NCBI GenBank assembly: GCA_039630545.1
Contig: JBCNUU010000001.1
Coordinates: forward strand, 192,001 to 256,000
Direction of reading: 5' to 3'
DNA length: 64,000 bases
Source of the DNA: Endomicrobiia bacterium
Lineage (GTDB): Bacteria > Elusimicrobiota > Endomicrobiia > DTEH01
The position numbers and the translations under genes were made by a program. The notes beneath the pieces were generated by a model. The model saw only the letters and a list, made by a program, of their open reading frames with translations, made no database searches and had not been told where the DNA came from. Shown piece after piece: positions 63,719-64,000 of the stretch (position 1 is its first letter; each line of letters begins with the position of its first letter).

Positions 63719-64000
63719 ATGTCAAACTTTTTGTTGTATTTTAAAGATAAAGATATAGTTAAAAAAGAACTGGAAAAAATCTGCAAGTTAGCACAAAATC
63801 TTCAAAAGGACTACTGCTTTATGGAGGTTTGTGGTACTCACACTATGCAGATTTCAAAATACGGTATAAGGAAACTTTTACCTAAAAATATAAAATTGAT
63901 CTCTGGCCCCGGATGTCCTGTGTGTGTTACATCTTTAGAGTTTATAGATAAAGCAATCTATATTGCCAGAAATTTTAATAATGTGATAATAGCTACTTTT
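63719..64000 (+). CDS. hypD: hydrogenase maturation protein HypD (partial, runs off the window)
   Basis: Translated by hand: FMEVCGTHT...[11 protein letters not shown]...IDKAI...IIATF. Not in the ORF track. Confidence 0.95.
   Translation, partial: MSNFLLYFKDKDIVKKELEKICKLAQNLQKDYCFMEVCGTHTMQISKYGIRKLLPKNIKLISGPGCPVCVTSLEFIDKAIYIARNFNNVIIATF

Overview
A very AT-rich (roughly 25-30% GC by eye, not computed), densely packed bacterial chromosomal segment. All convincing genes except ndk lie on the + strand. It contains housekeeping genes (ribH, nusB, ligA, leuS, nrdR, ndk, rho, proB, ychF, carAB, mnmA, clpC, hisF, purF, argD), dispersed hydrogenase-maturation genes (hypC, partial hypD), diderm envelope genes (TamB-like, two GT9, two probable beta-barrels, a PilB/GspE ATPase) and one tRNA-Ala(CGC). 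A 16-kb glycosylation cluster (5.6-21.8 kb) pairs one GT2 polyprenol-phosphate glycosyltransferase with five GT-C (ArnT/PMT-like) transferases, two of them frameshifted. The most striking locus is leuS-nrdR-[diguanylate cyclase fused to a glycogen-binding CBM48 domain]-[60-aa bacterial histone-fold protein]-[P-loop kinase]-[dCMP deaminase]-ndk, with two 9-bp-period repeat arrays flanking the nucleotide-metabolism genes. Also notable: a tRNA overlapping the stop codon of a degenerate GAF-HD-GYP gene, an uncalled 30-aa membrane peptide heading the carAB run, and a long structured rho leader. Several indels look like assembly errors. I saw no CRISPR array, prophage or IS element. An Elusimicrobiota-like host is a weak inference only. 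All family assignments come from motif recognition, with no database searches.
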